A stretch of 29,838 nucleotides of DNA from Candidatus Methylomirabilis sp. Its GTDB lineage: Bacteria > Methylomirabilota > Methylomirabilia > Methylomirabilales > Methylomirabilaceae. Under the pieces are notes generated by a model. It did not search any database. It worked only from the letters and a program-made list of their open reading frames with translations, and was not told the DNA's origin. Positions within the stretch are counted from its first letter, which is position 1, and each line of letters starts with the position of its first letter. A program made the translations under genes and the position numbers. Below, one piece after another: positions 16,404-24,583 of this stretch. Location: positions 1 to 29,838 of the forward strand of contig JBGQJI010000013.1 in assembly GCA_041498975.1 (NCBI GenBank). The letters run 5' to 3'.

Positions 16404-16461
16404 CGGCTCCACCCGCCGAAGCCCGCATACGGTCCCACGCTTAAAATTTATCACAAATGGC

Positions 16462-16492
16462 TTGACAAGGCAAAAAGTTAGAAATACTCTAA
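16462..16492 (+). promoter_or_regulatory. Catalase promoter with overlapping Per-box-like operator
   Basis: TTGACA (16462-16467)-17 nt-TACTCT (16485-16490). The palindrome TTAGA-N5-TCTAA (16478-16492) covers the -10 box. Confidence 0.7.
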
Positions 16493-16557
16493 TTCGAGAA
16501 CTATGCTAACTCAATCACCACCCCGTAACATTGTTCCCGAGATGGAAGGAGGCTTGG

Positions 16558-18021
16558 ATGGACAAGCGAAGGACCCTCACGACTGAGAGCGGCGCGCCCG
16601 TCGGAGACAACCAGAACTCCCAGACTGCCGGCCCCGAAGGGCCGGTGCTCCTGCAGGATCACCACCTGGTGGAGAAGCTCGCCCGGTTCAACCGGGAGCG
16701 GATCCCCGAGCGCGTGGTGCACGCGAAGGGCTCCGGAGCCCACGGTGCCTTCGAGGTTACTGCGGACGTCAGCCGGTGGACCCGCGCGAAGTTCCTCTCG
16801 CCGGTCGGCAAGCGGAGCGACGTGTTCCTGCGGCTCTCGACCGTCGCGGGCGAGAAGGGGTCCGCGGACGCCGTGCGGGACCCGCGGGGCTTTGCCGTGA
16901 AGTTTTACACCGAGGAGGGCAACTACGACCTCGTCGGCAACAACACGCCGATCTTCTTCATCCGCGACCCGCTGAAGTTTCCCGACTTCATCCACTCGCA
17001 GAAGCGGGATCCCTATACGCACGTCCAGGAGCCCGACAACATCTGGGACTTCTTCTCCCATAGCCCGGAAGCAACCCACCAGTTCACCTGGCTCTTTGGG
17101 GACCGGGGCATCCCCGCCTCCTACCGCCACATGGATGGGTTCGGCTCGCACACGTACCAGTGGGTCAATGCCACCGGCGAGGCCTGCTGGGTGAAGTACC
17201 ACTTCAAGACCAACCAGGGCATCCGCTGCCTCACCAGCGACGAGGCCGCCCGGACCGCCGGGCAGGACCCCGACTCCCACCACCGGGACCTGCGCGAGGC
17301 GATCGACCGGGGCGAGTTCCCCTCGTGGACACTCAAGGTACAGATCATGCCCGTCGCCGAGGCTGCAGCGTACCGGTTCAACCCCTTCGACCTGACCAGG
17401 GTCTGGCCGCACGCGGACTATTCCCTGATTGAGGTCGGCCGTCTCGTGCTCGACCGCAACCCAGATAACTACTTCGCCGACGTCGAGCAGTCAGCGTTCA
17501 ACCCGGCGCACTTCGTGCCCGGGATCGGGCCGTCCCCCGACAAGATGCTCCAGGGCCGTTTGTTTGCCTACGGGGACACGCATCGGTACCGGCTGGGCAT
17601 CAACCATACGCAGCTCCCCGTCAACCGGCCCCACGCCACCGAGACGGCGAACTATGGTCGCGACGGCGCCATGCGCGTCGATGACAACGGGGGACGATCC
17701 AAGAACTACGAGCCCAATAGCTACGGGGGGCCGGTCCAGACTGGCCAGGCGACGTACGCATCGCTCGAGATCCGCGGGCTCACTGGGAACCACCCATGGG
17801 TCCGCCACAAGGAGGACGATGACTACGTACAGGCGGGCAACCTCTATCGGCTCATGAGCCCCGCCGAGAAGGAACGGCTTGTCGGCAACATTGCCGCAAG
17901 CCTGTCCCGCGTGAGCCGGCCCGACGTCATTGAGCGGAGCATCGTCCACTTCCGTCACGCCGATGCCGAGTACGGCGACCGCGTCGACCGGGCGGTCCGG
18001 GTGCGGCAGGCAGGGCGCTGA
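16558..18021 (+). CDS. katA: Monofunctional heme catalase (small subunit)
   Basis: Start ATG 16558 after [25 protein letters not shown] (distal His), [29 protein letters not shown] (proximal Tyr). Confidence 0.97.
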   Translation: MDKRRTLTTESGAPVGDNQNSQTAGPEGPVLLQDHHLVEKLARFNRERIPERVVHAKGSGAHGAFEVTADVSRWTRAKFLSPVGKRSDVFLRLSTVAGEKGSADAVRDPRGFAVKFYTEEGNYDLVGNNTPIFFIRDPLKFPDFIHSQKRDPYTHVQEPDNIWDFFSHSPEATHQFTWLFGDRGIPASYRHMDGFGSHTYQWVNATGEACWVKYHFKTNQGIRCLTSDEAARTAGQDPDSHHRDLREAIDRGEFPSWTLKVQIMPVAEAAAYRFNPFDLTRVWPHADYSLIEVGRLVLDRNPDNYFADVEQSAFNPAHFVPGIGPSPDKMLQGRLFAYGDTHRYRLGINHTQLPVNRPHATETANYGRDGAMRVDDNGGRSKNYEPNSYGGPVQTGQATYASLEIRGLTGNHPWVRHKEDDDYVQAGNLYRLMSPAEKERLVGNIAASLSRVSRPDVIERSIVHFRHADAEYGDRVDRAVRVRQAGR

Positions 18022-18100
18022 GGACGTCATGGGCATCGTCGACGTTGGGGTCGGCGACGCCCACCGACAACGCAGGAGTCATTCCGACAGGAGGTCAACG

Positions 18101-18580
18101 GTGAAGCCCATTATCGGGATTGGAGACGAGCAGCGACAGGCGGTTGTCGAGATTCTCAGCGCCTTGCTCGCCGATGAGTACGTGCTGTACACCAAGACGC
18201 GCAACTACCACTGGAATGTAGTGGGACTCCAGTTCAACGATTTCCACAAGTTCTTCGAGGCGCAGTACGAGGCGCTGGACGAGGTGATCGACGAGGTCGC
18301 CGAGCGGGCCCGGGCGCTGGGCGGGCACGCGGTCGCTACGCTCGCGGAGTTCGCGAAGTTGGCTCACCTGAAGGAGCACCCGGGCGACTACCCGGACGCC
18401 CGTGCAATGATCACCAACCTCATCAGCGATCACGAGGCCTTGATCAGACAACTCCGGCGCGATGTGGAGATAGTGGCAGAGGCCCACAGCGACACGGGGA
18501 CGAGCGACTACCTCACGGGGCTGATGGAGCGGCACGAGAAGATGGCGTGGATGCTGCGTGCGTTTCTCAGCGGTAGCTGA
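18101..18580 (+). CDS. dps: Dps family DNA-protection/ferritin-like protein
   Basis: GTG 18101 after AGGAGG. LYTKTRNYHWNVVG..F..FHKFFE.QY, IDEVAERARALG, HEKMAWMLRAFL. Confidence 0.95.
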   Translation: MKPIIGIGDEQRQAVVEILSALLADEYVLYTKTRNYHWNVVGLQFNDFHKFFEAQYEALDEVIDEVAERARALGGHAVATLAEFAKLAHLKEHPGDYPDARAMITNLISDHEALIRQLRRDVEIVAEAHSDTGTSDYLTGLMERHEKMAWMLRAFLSGS

Positions 18581-18646
18581 CCCCGGGCGCCAGAAAGGAC
18601 GTTGCCAGGCTATACGCTCCTAGGGGAACGCCATCCTAGCGAAGCC

Positions 18647-18832
18647 TCATTTCTCGTCCTTGAGCATCGCCCGGATTTGCTGGCGGAGCTCAGGGGTGTC
18701 CTTGTGTCCGTGCGAGTGCACCGCATGCCAGACCGCGACCGTGAGCACTTCCTCTTCCGTGCCCGCGACCGTGAGCGTGCAATTCTTCTCGCTCGGGAAC
18801 TGGCGACAATCCGCCACTTTGCGCGTTGCCAT
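18647..18832 (-). CDS. DUF1059-like small putative metal-binding protein
   Basis: 61 aa with a strong SD (GAGGAGGTG). Pattern DCR.FPSE.NCTL...GTEEEVL..A..HAV.SHGH.DTPELR.QIR.ML. Confidence 0.8.
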   Translation of the reverse strand: MATRKVADCRQFPSEKNCTLTVAGTEEEVLTVAVWHAVHSHGHKDTPELRQQIRAMLKDEK

Positions 18833-19298
18833 AGATTCTCACCTCCTCTTTCGGCTGCCTGTTTGAGTGGGCTATCGAATCTGTCGAGGCCGCCTTCTGC
18901 TCGCTGCTCAGGCCAGCCCCACGACAAGCCAAGCGTGCCACACCCCTCATCAAGATGTCAAGCTATTGCGGGCGTTCCTCTGGCAAGGCCCGCCCTTCCT
19001 TCCCATGAAGGGAGGGGAACCTGGCGTGTGTCCTTCCTGGGCGAAATGGGTTGTTCTTGGCAAGTCATGATCACTTCCAGGGCCGTTTGACAAAGCTGGA
19101 CAACCGTGATAGTAAGAGCCCACCTGGCAGGCAAGCCATCTTCGAGGCCGCGTGCACACTGCCATGCATACGCCGCCGCTTCCGGCGCACACGCGACCTA
19201 GAGAGGCCGTCGGACCGCATTTCAGGGGGACGACCTGCCTGGTGACCGAAGGGAGCCCCACAGTGGAACATGCAACCAGCAGGATCGGAGGCCAAGGC

Positions 19299-20237
19299 GT
19301 GAGCACGCTCCTGCTGATAGGGCTCTTGTTCCTCTTCACCTCGACCGATGTCTCTGGCGCCCGCCTCGACAACACGATCGGCGTTGTCAAGAACGCCCGA
19401 GGGAGCCTGGTCATCATCAGGGGTGCCGGAACGCAGGACCGGGTAAAGGGGAACGCGATCCTTCCGCTCTTCGAGGGCGACGAGCTAAAGAGCGAAGCGG
19501 GGTGCCAGGCCGTGATCGAGTTCCACGATGGAACACGGATCGCCCTGAATGAGCAAACCACGTTTATCATTCGATCCCGACCGACAAGGGGGGGGATCGT
19601 CCGGATCATCCGCATGCTGCTAGGAGAAGTCTGGGTGAAGACCTCCGCGAAACCCGATCCACTCGAGTTCGAAACGCCGGTGGCGAAAGCGGCCGTCAGC
19701 GGGACCGAGTTGAACGTCAGGGTCGCCGACGACGGAAGGAGCCAACTGACCGTGGTTGAGGGCACCGTGGACTTCTGGAGTGCGGGCGTCAACTGCACCG
19801 TGCAACGCTCCACCCAGAGCATCGGCCAGAGCGGAAAGCCGTGTACTCCCCCCGTGGCCGTTGATCCCAGCCTGGTGACGGGATGGAGCCAGCAGCTCAT
19901 GAAGCTCGTCCGCACTGTGGCGACCATCCGCGCCAGAGGAAGCGGCGTTCGACCGCAGGGAGCATCATCTGCAGCGCAGGCCCGCCTGCTGGCCGAACGG
20001 GCGGCGAAGGCCGATGCCTATCGGAACCTCCTGGAAGCGGCCAACGGGGTTCTCGTGACAAGCAGCACCAGCGTGAAAGACCTCGCCACCCAGAATGACA
20101 CCGTCCGCACCACACTCGAAGGATTCATCCGTGGCGCCAGCCTTGTAGAGGTGCGCCACCTGGACGAGGGGTCGGTCGAGGTTGAGATGGAGATCAGACT
20201 CAACCGGGAGTTTTGGGCGATCCTCCCGCGGGTGTAG
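19299..20237 (+). CDS. Secreted FecR-like domain protein fused to a C-terminal LPP20/FlgP-like domain
   Basis: GTG 19299 after GGAGG gives a signal peptide (STLLLIGLLFLF..). FecR-like: LFEGDELKS...AVIEFHDGTRIALNEQT...FETPVAKAAVSGTEL.V...LTVVEGTV. C-terminus: ARLLAERAAKADAYRNLLEA.NGV.V.S.TSVKD......VRTTLEGFIRGA. Confidence 0.75.
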   Translation: MSTLLLIGLLFLFTSTDVSGARLDNTIGVVKNARGSLVIIRGAGTQDRVKGNAILPLFEGDELKSEAGCQAVIEFHDGTRIALNEQTTFIIRSRPTRGGIVRIIRMLLGEVWVKTSAKPDPLEFETPVAKAAVSGTELNVRVADDGRSQLTVVEGTVDFWSAGVNCTVQRSTQSIGQSGKPCTPPVAVDPSLVTGWSQQLMKLVRTVATIRARGSGVRPQGASSAAQARLLAERAAKADAYRNLLEAANGVLVTSSTSVKDLATQNDTVRTTLEGFIRGASLVEVRHLDEGSVEVEMEIRLNREFWAILPRV

Positions 20238-20329
20238 CCTGTCGCCACTTCCCGGATCACGTCTCCTGCCGGAGCATCGATCGAGTCGGGCTCCTTCACA
20301 CAGGACTCACAAGGTGATCGCCATCATCT

Positions 20330-22264
20330 TTGAAGGGACCAGGCCGGTCTGTGTGGCCGCTCCGCTCTAAGGGGGGTACCGGCCCCATTTTCGGGCGCGG
20401 CAGGCCGGCTGGCCGACGTCATCGGGCCGGCGGGGCCGCCCTGGGCGCCGCAGCTGCGGTCGCCGCGGGTCTTCTCGCCGCTACCGGGACTTTCGAGCGC
20501 CTGGAATTGAAAGCGCTTGATCTGCTCTTTCTCCTCCGTGGCCCTCATGTCCCCTCCCCCCAGATCATCATCGTCGGCGTGGACTACGAATCGCTGCAAG
20601 CGCTGGGATCCTCCTGGCCGTGGCCTCGGGAATACCATGCCCGCTTGCTTGATCGGCTGCGGGAGGCCAGGGTGGTCGGCCTGGATTTTCTGTTCACCCA
20701 GCCAAGCGATCCCCGTCAGGATAGGCTGCTCGCCGAGGCGGCCAGATTCGCGGGGAACGTGGTCTGGGCCAGCCACTTCTCCCTCATCAAGGAAGCCCAG
20801 TTCGTCATCGAATCCCCGATCGCGCCGATCCCCGTACTTCGCACGGCCTCCCCCGGCTTCGGCTTCGTGGGCCTGCCCCTGGACCGCGATGGAGTGGTCA
20901 GGAGGGTCGCCCCGATGAAGCTCTACCACGATCAGGTCTTCCGGTCGTTCGGCCTGGTTGTCCTGGAACGCGCGAGCCCCGCTCCACTCGTTATGACACC
21001 CCTGGGGATGAGGCAGGGCACGGATGGCCCGATGATTCCGTCGGATAGGGACAACACCTTTCTGATCAACTATGTCGGTCCGCCTCGTACCTTCCGGCAG
21101 ATTTCCTATCACAAGGTGCTGCGAGGAGATGTCCCGCCCGACACGTTCCGGGACAAGATCGTGCTAGTGGGCGCGGTGAGTTCAACGCTCATGGATAGTT
21201 TTGTCACCCCGTTTTTCAGCCCACTGTACAGCAACGAGCTGATGGCCGGAGTCGAGGTCCATGCCAACGCCATCGACACGGCCTTGACCGGCCGGTATCT
21301 GACCAGGGCTGCCCCCTGGATCAATGTCGCCATCCTGCTGGCCCTGGGTGGGGCGGTTGGAACCGCCGCCGCGGCCCTTCGGGCTCGCTGGGGAATCATC
21401 CTCTGCGCCACCCTTGCGCTTGCGTACGCGGCGTGCGTGATCGGGCTGTTCCTGACCAAGGGCTACTGGCTGAACCTCGTGGCGCCAGCGGCCACAATCC
21501 CGCTGGCGCTCGCGTGCACCGGCATCTATCGCTTCGTTCGAGAGGAGCGGCTCAAGGCGGTCGCGAGGAGAAGCCTGGAGCGCTATGTGAGTGTCGAGGT
21601 GGCCCGGGAGATCCTGGAGCGGGGGGACGAGGTCGAACTGGGAGGGATACGACGGCGGATCACGGTCGCGTTCTGCGACATCCGGGGCTTCACCACGCTG
21701 TCCGAACAGAGCTCGCCGGAAGAGGTCGTCGACCTTTTGAACCGGTTCTTCACGCGTATTTCCGGCCCCATACTCAGCCACGGCGGTACCCTTGACAAGT
21801 ACATCGGGGACGCCATCATGGCGTTCTGGGGCGCCCCGGTGGCCCGCCAGGATGACCCGATCCGCGCGGTCCGATGCGCCCTGGACATGCTGCGCGAGAC
21901 CGCGGCATTCTCTGCCGGGATCGAGGCTCAGGGCAAGGCGCCACTCAGCGTCGGCATCGGGATCAACACCGGCTGGGCGATCGTGGGCAACATCGGCTCG
22001 CCGGAGCGGATGGGGTATACGGCGATCGGCGACACCGTCAACATCGCGTCGAGGCTCCAAGGCCTGACGAAGGAGTATCAGGCCGGCCTCCTGATCAGCC
22101 ACACCACATTCGAGGAGATCAATGATCTCTTCGAAACGGAATGGATCGGCCTGGTCACCGTGAAGGGCAGGGCAGAGCCCGTCGGGATCTACAAAGTGCT
22201 TGGCGAGAGGGCTCCTGCTCGCCAAGCCTCCGAGACGACGTTATACTGTGCGGATCATGAATGA
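20330..22264 (+). CDS. CHASE2-domain membrane class III adenylate/guanylate cyclase (probably adenylate, class IIIb)
   Basis: CHASE2 motifs WPWPR, VGLDFLF, DRDGVVRR, FRDKIVLVG, GVEVHANAI; 3 TMs; cyclase motifs FCDIRGFT, DKYIGDAIMAFWGAP, GIGINTG, YTAIGDTVNIASRLQ, VKGR. TTG start uncertain. Confidence 0.93.
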   Translation: MKGPGRSVWPLRSKGGTGPIFGRGRPAGRRHRAGGAALGAAAAVAAGLLAATGTFERLELKALDLLFLLRGPHVPSPQIIIVGVDYESLQALGSSWPWPREYHARLLDRLREARVVGLDFLFTQPSDPRQDRLLAEAARFAGNVVWASHFSLIKEAQFVIESPIAPIPVLRTASPGFGFVGLPLDRDGVVRRVAPMKLYHDQVFRSFGLVVLERASPAPLVMTPLGMRQGTDGPMIPSDRDNTFLINYVGPPRTFRQISYHKVLRGDVPPDTFRDKIVLVGAVSSTLMDSFVTPFFSPLYSNELMAGVEVHANAIDTALTGRYLTRAAPWINVAILLALGGAVGTAAAALRARWGIILCATLALAYAACVIGLFLTKGYWLNLVAPAATIPLALACTGIYRFVREERLKAVARRSLERYVSVEVAREILERGDEVELGGIRRRITVAFCDIRGFTTLSEQSSPEEVVDLLNRFFTRISGPILSHGGTLDKYIGDAIMAFWGAPVARQDDPIRAVRCALDMLRETAAFSAGIEAQGKAPLSVGIGINTGWAIVGNIGSPERMGYTAIGDTVNIASRLQGLTKEYQAGLLISHTTFEEINDLFETEWIGLVTVKGRAEPVGIYKVLGERAPARQASETTLYCADHE

Positions 22265-22267
22265 GGC

Positions 22268-22426
22268 GACACGTGAGCCCTGGCCGCATAGTCCGGGGGA
22301 GAGTCCGATGAGGGGCGGCGGCCCGCCCCTCTTGGTAGGGTTCGCGGGGGGGCCCCGAGCGGGTGCTGACACTCCCGCAAGTGCCTTGGCCTTCCCCACG
22401 AACTCAGCGGGGCGGGCGGACGTGTC
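22268..22426 (-). ncRNA. Candidate unannotated ~160-nt structured RNA (or MITE)
   Basis: The ends form a long imperfect stem (GACACGU/ACGUGUC, GCCC/GGGC, CCGC/GCGG, AGUUCG/CGGACU, GGGGA/UCCCC). It encloses hairpins at 22310-22331 and 22359-22378, and a promoter-like element lies immediately upstream. Confidence 0.45.
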
Positions 22427-22430
22427 ATCT

Positions 22431-22459
22431 ATTATCTCCCGCTTCGCTTTGTAGGTCTA
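22431..22459 (-). promoter_or_regulatory. Sigma70-like promoter pointing into the structured element
   Basis: Minus strand TAGACC-17 nt-GATAAT; the predicted start near 22425 coincides with the 5' end of the long stem. Confidence 0.45.
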
Positions 22460-22740
22460 TGGTGGGACCCTCTGCGTCCGCTTCCGGTTCGCGCCGCCGA
22501 ACCAGTCCTCGACCGAAAGCTCGTGTTCGGCAAGCAAACGAGTTGACCACAAGATAGGTGTTCGCCGAGGGAAGGTGATGCTCGAGAGAGGTGAAGGGGG
22601 AACATGTTGATCGCCATCGTGGCGCTCTGCCGCCTCGTCGGGGGCAAACTGGTTTGACTTGCCCATCCTCCCATGATAGAAGAGGCAAAGACAGGCCGAG
22701 TGTCGCCTTTGTATTTGAGCCTTGATGCCTCAGTAGGGCT

Positions 22741-23139
22741 ATGAACCAGGCAGTGTTAGTCGCAGTAGACGACCTCTTCTTCGCCAGCAAAATCACCGAG
22801 GTGGCGCGCCAGCTTGGAGTTCCGCTCCTGTTCGCTGGAAGCCAGGATGAGGTGATCGCCCGAGCCCTATCAGAAAAGCCGGCGCTCGTGATTTTTGATC
22901 TCAACTCCACGCGATGTAACCCGATCGAAACCATTGGCCAGATCAAAGAAGACGCTGACCTTCGTCACATTCCGATCGTCGGCTTTCTGTCTCACGTCCA
23001 GGCAGACCTCAAGGTCAAGGCCACCATAGCCGGATGCGATCGGGTCCTGCCCCGCTCTGTGTTCGCTACTCACCTTCCCAAGATCCTTGGCGAATACGCC
23101 ACCGGCCCTGACAGGGCCCCTTCAATCCCCGCCGACTGA
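22741..23139 (+). CDS. Stand-alone receiver (REC) domain protein, atypical
   Basis: VLVAVDDLFF, PALVIFDLN (phospho-Asp position), HIPIVGFLSH, AGCDRVLPRS (Arg in place of the usual Lys). Confidence 0.85.
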   Translation: MNQAVLVAVDDLFFASKITEVARQLGVPLLFAGSQDEVIARALSEKPALVIFDLNSTRCNPIETIGQIKEDADLRHIPIVGFLSHVQADLKVKATIAGCDRVLPRSVFATHLPKILGEYATGPDRAPSIPAD

Positions 23140-23150
23140 GAGCCAGACGC

Positions 23151-23492
23151 GTGACGCTCCCCGATCGGTTGATCCTTCTCGCCGAACGCTTGGCGGCGCC
23201 ACTCGTCATCGGGTATATCGCCAGCGCCGCCTGGTACATCTACCAGATTGTTCACACTCTGAACGTCCGGACCGCCGCCGACCCGCCCATCCTTCTCGCT
23301 CAAGGACACCGGGCAGGCGACATCTTCGCGCTCTTAGGCGCCTTCCAGTGGTTCGTATTTGGCATCAACCGGCGAAGGTCCGGGCGGGCGGCGGTGGGCT
23401 CGCTCATCCTTGCCGGCCTGCATCTGCTCCTCCTGGCGATTCGGGCATATATCGTCCCGATCCGCTGGATCATGGAGCAGACCGCCCGCTGA
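23151..23492 (+). CDS. Small hypothetical membrane protein (~3 TM)
   Basis: 113 aa, GTG 11 nt after the REC stop, three hydrophobic segments; no family recognised. Confidence 0.6.
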   Translation: MTLPDRLILLAERLAAPLVIGYIASAAWYIYQIVHTLNVRTAADPPILLAQGHRAGDIFALLGAFQWFVFGINRRRSGRAAVGSLILAGLHLLLLAIRAYIVPIRWIMEQTAR

Positions 23493-23607
23493 GGGGCATG
23501 TTGCTCCTGCATAGTGCCTGGGTGCGAGAGACCACTTGTGGATGAACCGGGAGGTTAGCAATTGCGAGGACGCATCACCCTGAGGCGTGCGGCGCCGGTA
23601 GACGGCA

Positions 23608-24567
23608 TCAGCCTTCTTCGAACACGCCCATTCGACGGAATTTCTCGTAGCGGCGCTCCAGCAATTCGTCTGGAGGGATCTGCCTCAACCTTGAGAACTC
23701 CTTGACAAGGCACCCCTTCAGCGTCATGGCCATCTCCTGGTGATTCCTGTGGGCCCCACCCGTCGGCTCCGGAATGATCTCGTCGATCAGGCTGAGGCGT
23801 TTCAGCGTCTCGGGGGTCAGTCCGAGGGCAGAGGCCGCATCCGGCGCCTTCGCCGGATCGCGCCAGAGGATGGATGCGCACCCTTCCGGCGAGATGACCG
23901 AGTAGATCGCATACTCGAGCATCAGGATGCAGTCGCCCACCGCGATCCCTAAGGCGCCACCCGAACCCCCTTCGCCGGTGACCACGACCACTATCGGCGT
24001 CCTGAGCTCCGACATTTCACGGAGGTTACGGGCGATCGCCTCAGCCTGGCCCCGTTCCTCCGCGCCGATCCCCGGATAGGCGCCGGGCGTGTCCACCAAC
24101 GTCAGGACCGGCTTCTTGAACCTTTCCGCTAGGTTCATCAGTCGCAGCGCCTTCCGGTATCCTTCCGGGTTGGCCATGGCGAAGTTCCTGGCGATCTTCT
24201 CCTTGGTGTCCCGCCCCTTCTGGTGGCCGATGACCACGAGTGGCATTCCGTCAAGGCGGGCAAGGCCCCCGACGACCGCCTTGTCATCACCGAACGCTCT
24301 ATCGCCGTGCAGCTCGACGAAGTCGGTCATCAGCATCCGGATGTAATCGAGGGTGTATGGGCGGTTCGGGTGGCGGGCGATCTGGCAGCGTTGCCAGGGA
24401 GTCAGCTGAGAGAAAACCTCCTCGCGGAGTTTCACCACCTTGCTCTCCAGGTCGGCGATCTCCTTGGAGAAATCCACCTTCTGAACCTCGGAGAGCCGTC
24501 TCAGCTCCACGATCTTGTCTTCTAACTTGACGATGGGCCGTTCGAACTCCAATGCGAAGGCAGCCAT
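23608..24567 (-). CDS. accA: Acetyl-CoA carboxylase carboxyltransferase alpha subunit
   Basis: [79 protein letters not shown]. Confidence 0.98.
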   Translation of the reverse strand: MAAFALEFERPIVKLEDKIVELRRLSEVQKVDFSKEIADLESKVVKLREEVFSQLTPWQRCQIARHPNRPYTLDYIRMLMTDFVELHGDRAFGDDKAVVGGLARLDGMPLVVIGHQKGRDTKEKIARNFAMANPEGYRKALRLMNLAERFKKPVLTLVDTPGAYPGIGAEERGQAEAIARNLREMSELRTPIVVVVTGEGGSGGALGIAVGDCILMLEYAIYSVISPEGCASILWRDPAKAPDAASALGLTPETLKRLSLIDEIIPEPTGGAHRNHQEMAMTLKGCLVKEFSRLRQIPPDELLERRYEKFRRMGVFEEG

Positions 24568-24583
24568 GGCGTCCCTCCCGAGA

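Noticed and set aside
18924..18942. Sigma54 promoter (TGGCACG on the minus strand) for the DUF1059 gene
   Set aside because: No GC at the required -12 position; the spacing does not fit TGGCAC-N5-TTGC.
19087..19115. Promoter TTGACA-17-TAGTAA for the FecR-like gene (and the similar TTGACT-17-TAGAAG at 22654-22682)
   Set aside because: Good -35 and extended TG, but both -10 boxes lack the near-invariant final T; plausible but too weak to list as features.
22310..22335. Simple intrinsic terminator for the cyclase gene
   Set aside because: The strong hairpin lacks a U-tract on either strand and is nested within a larger paired structure, so it is reported under the candidate RNA instead.
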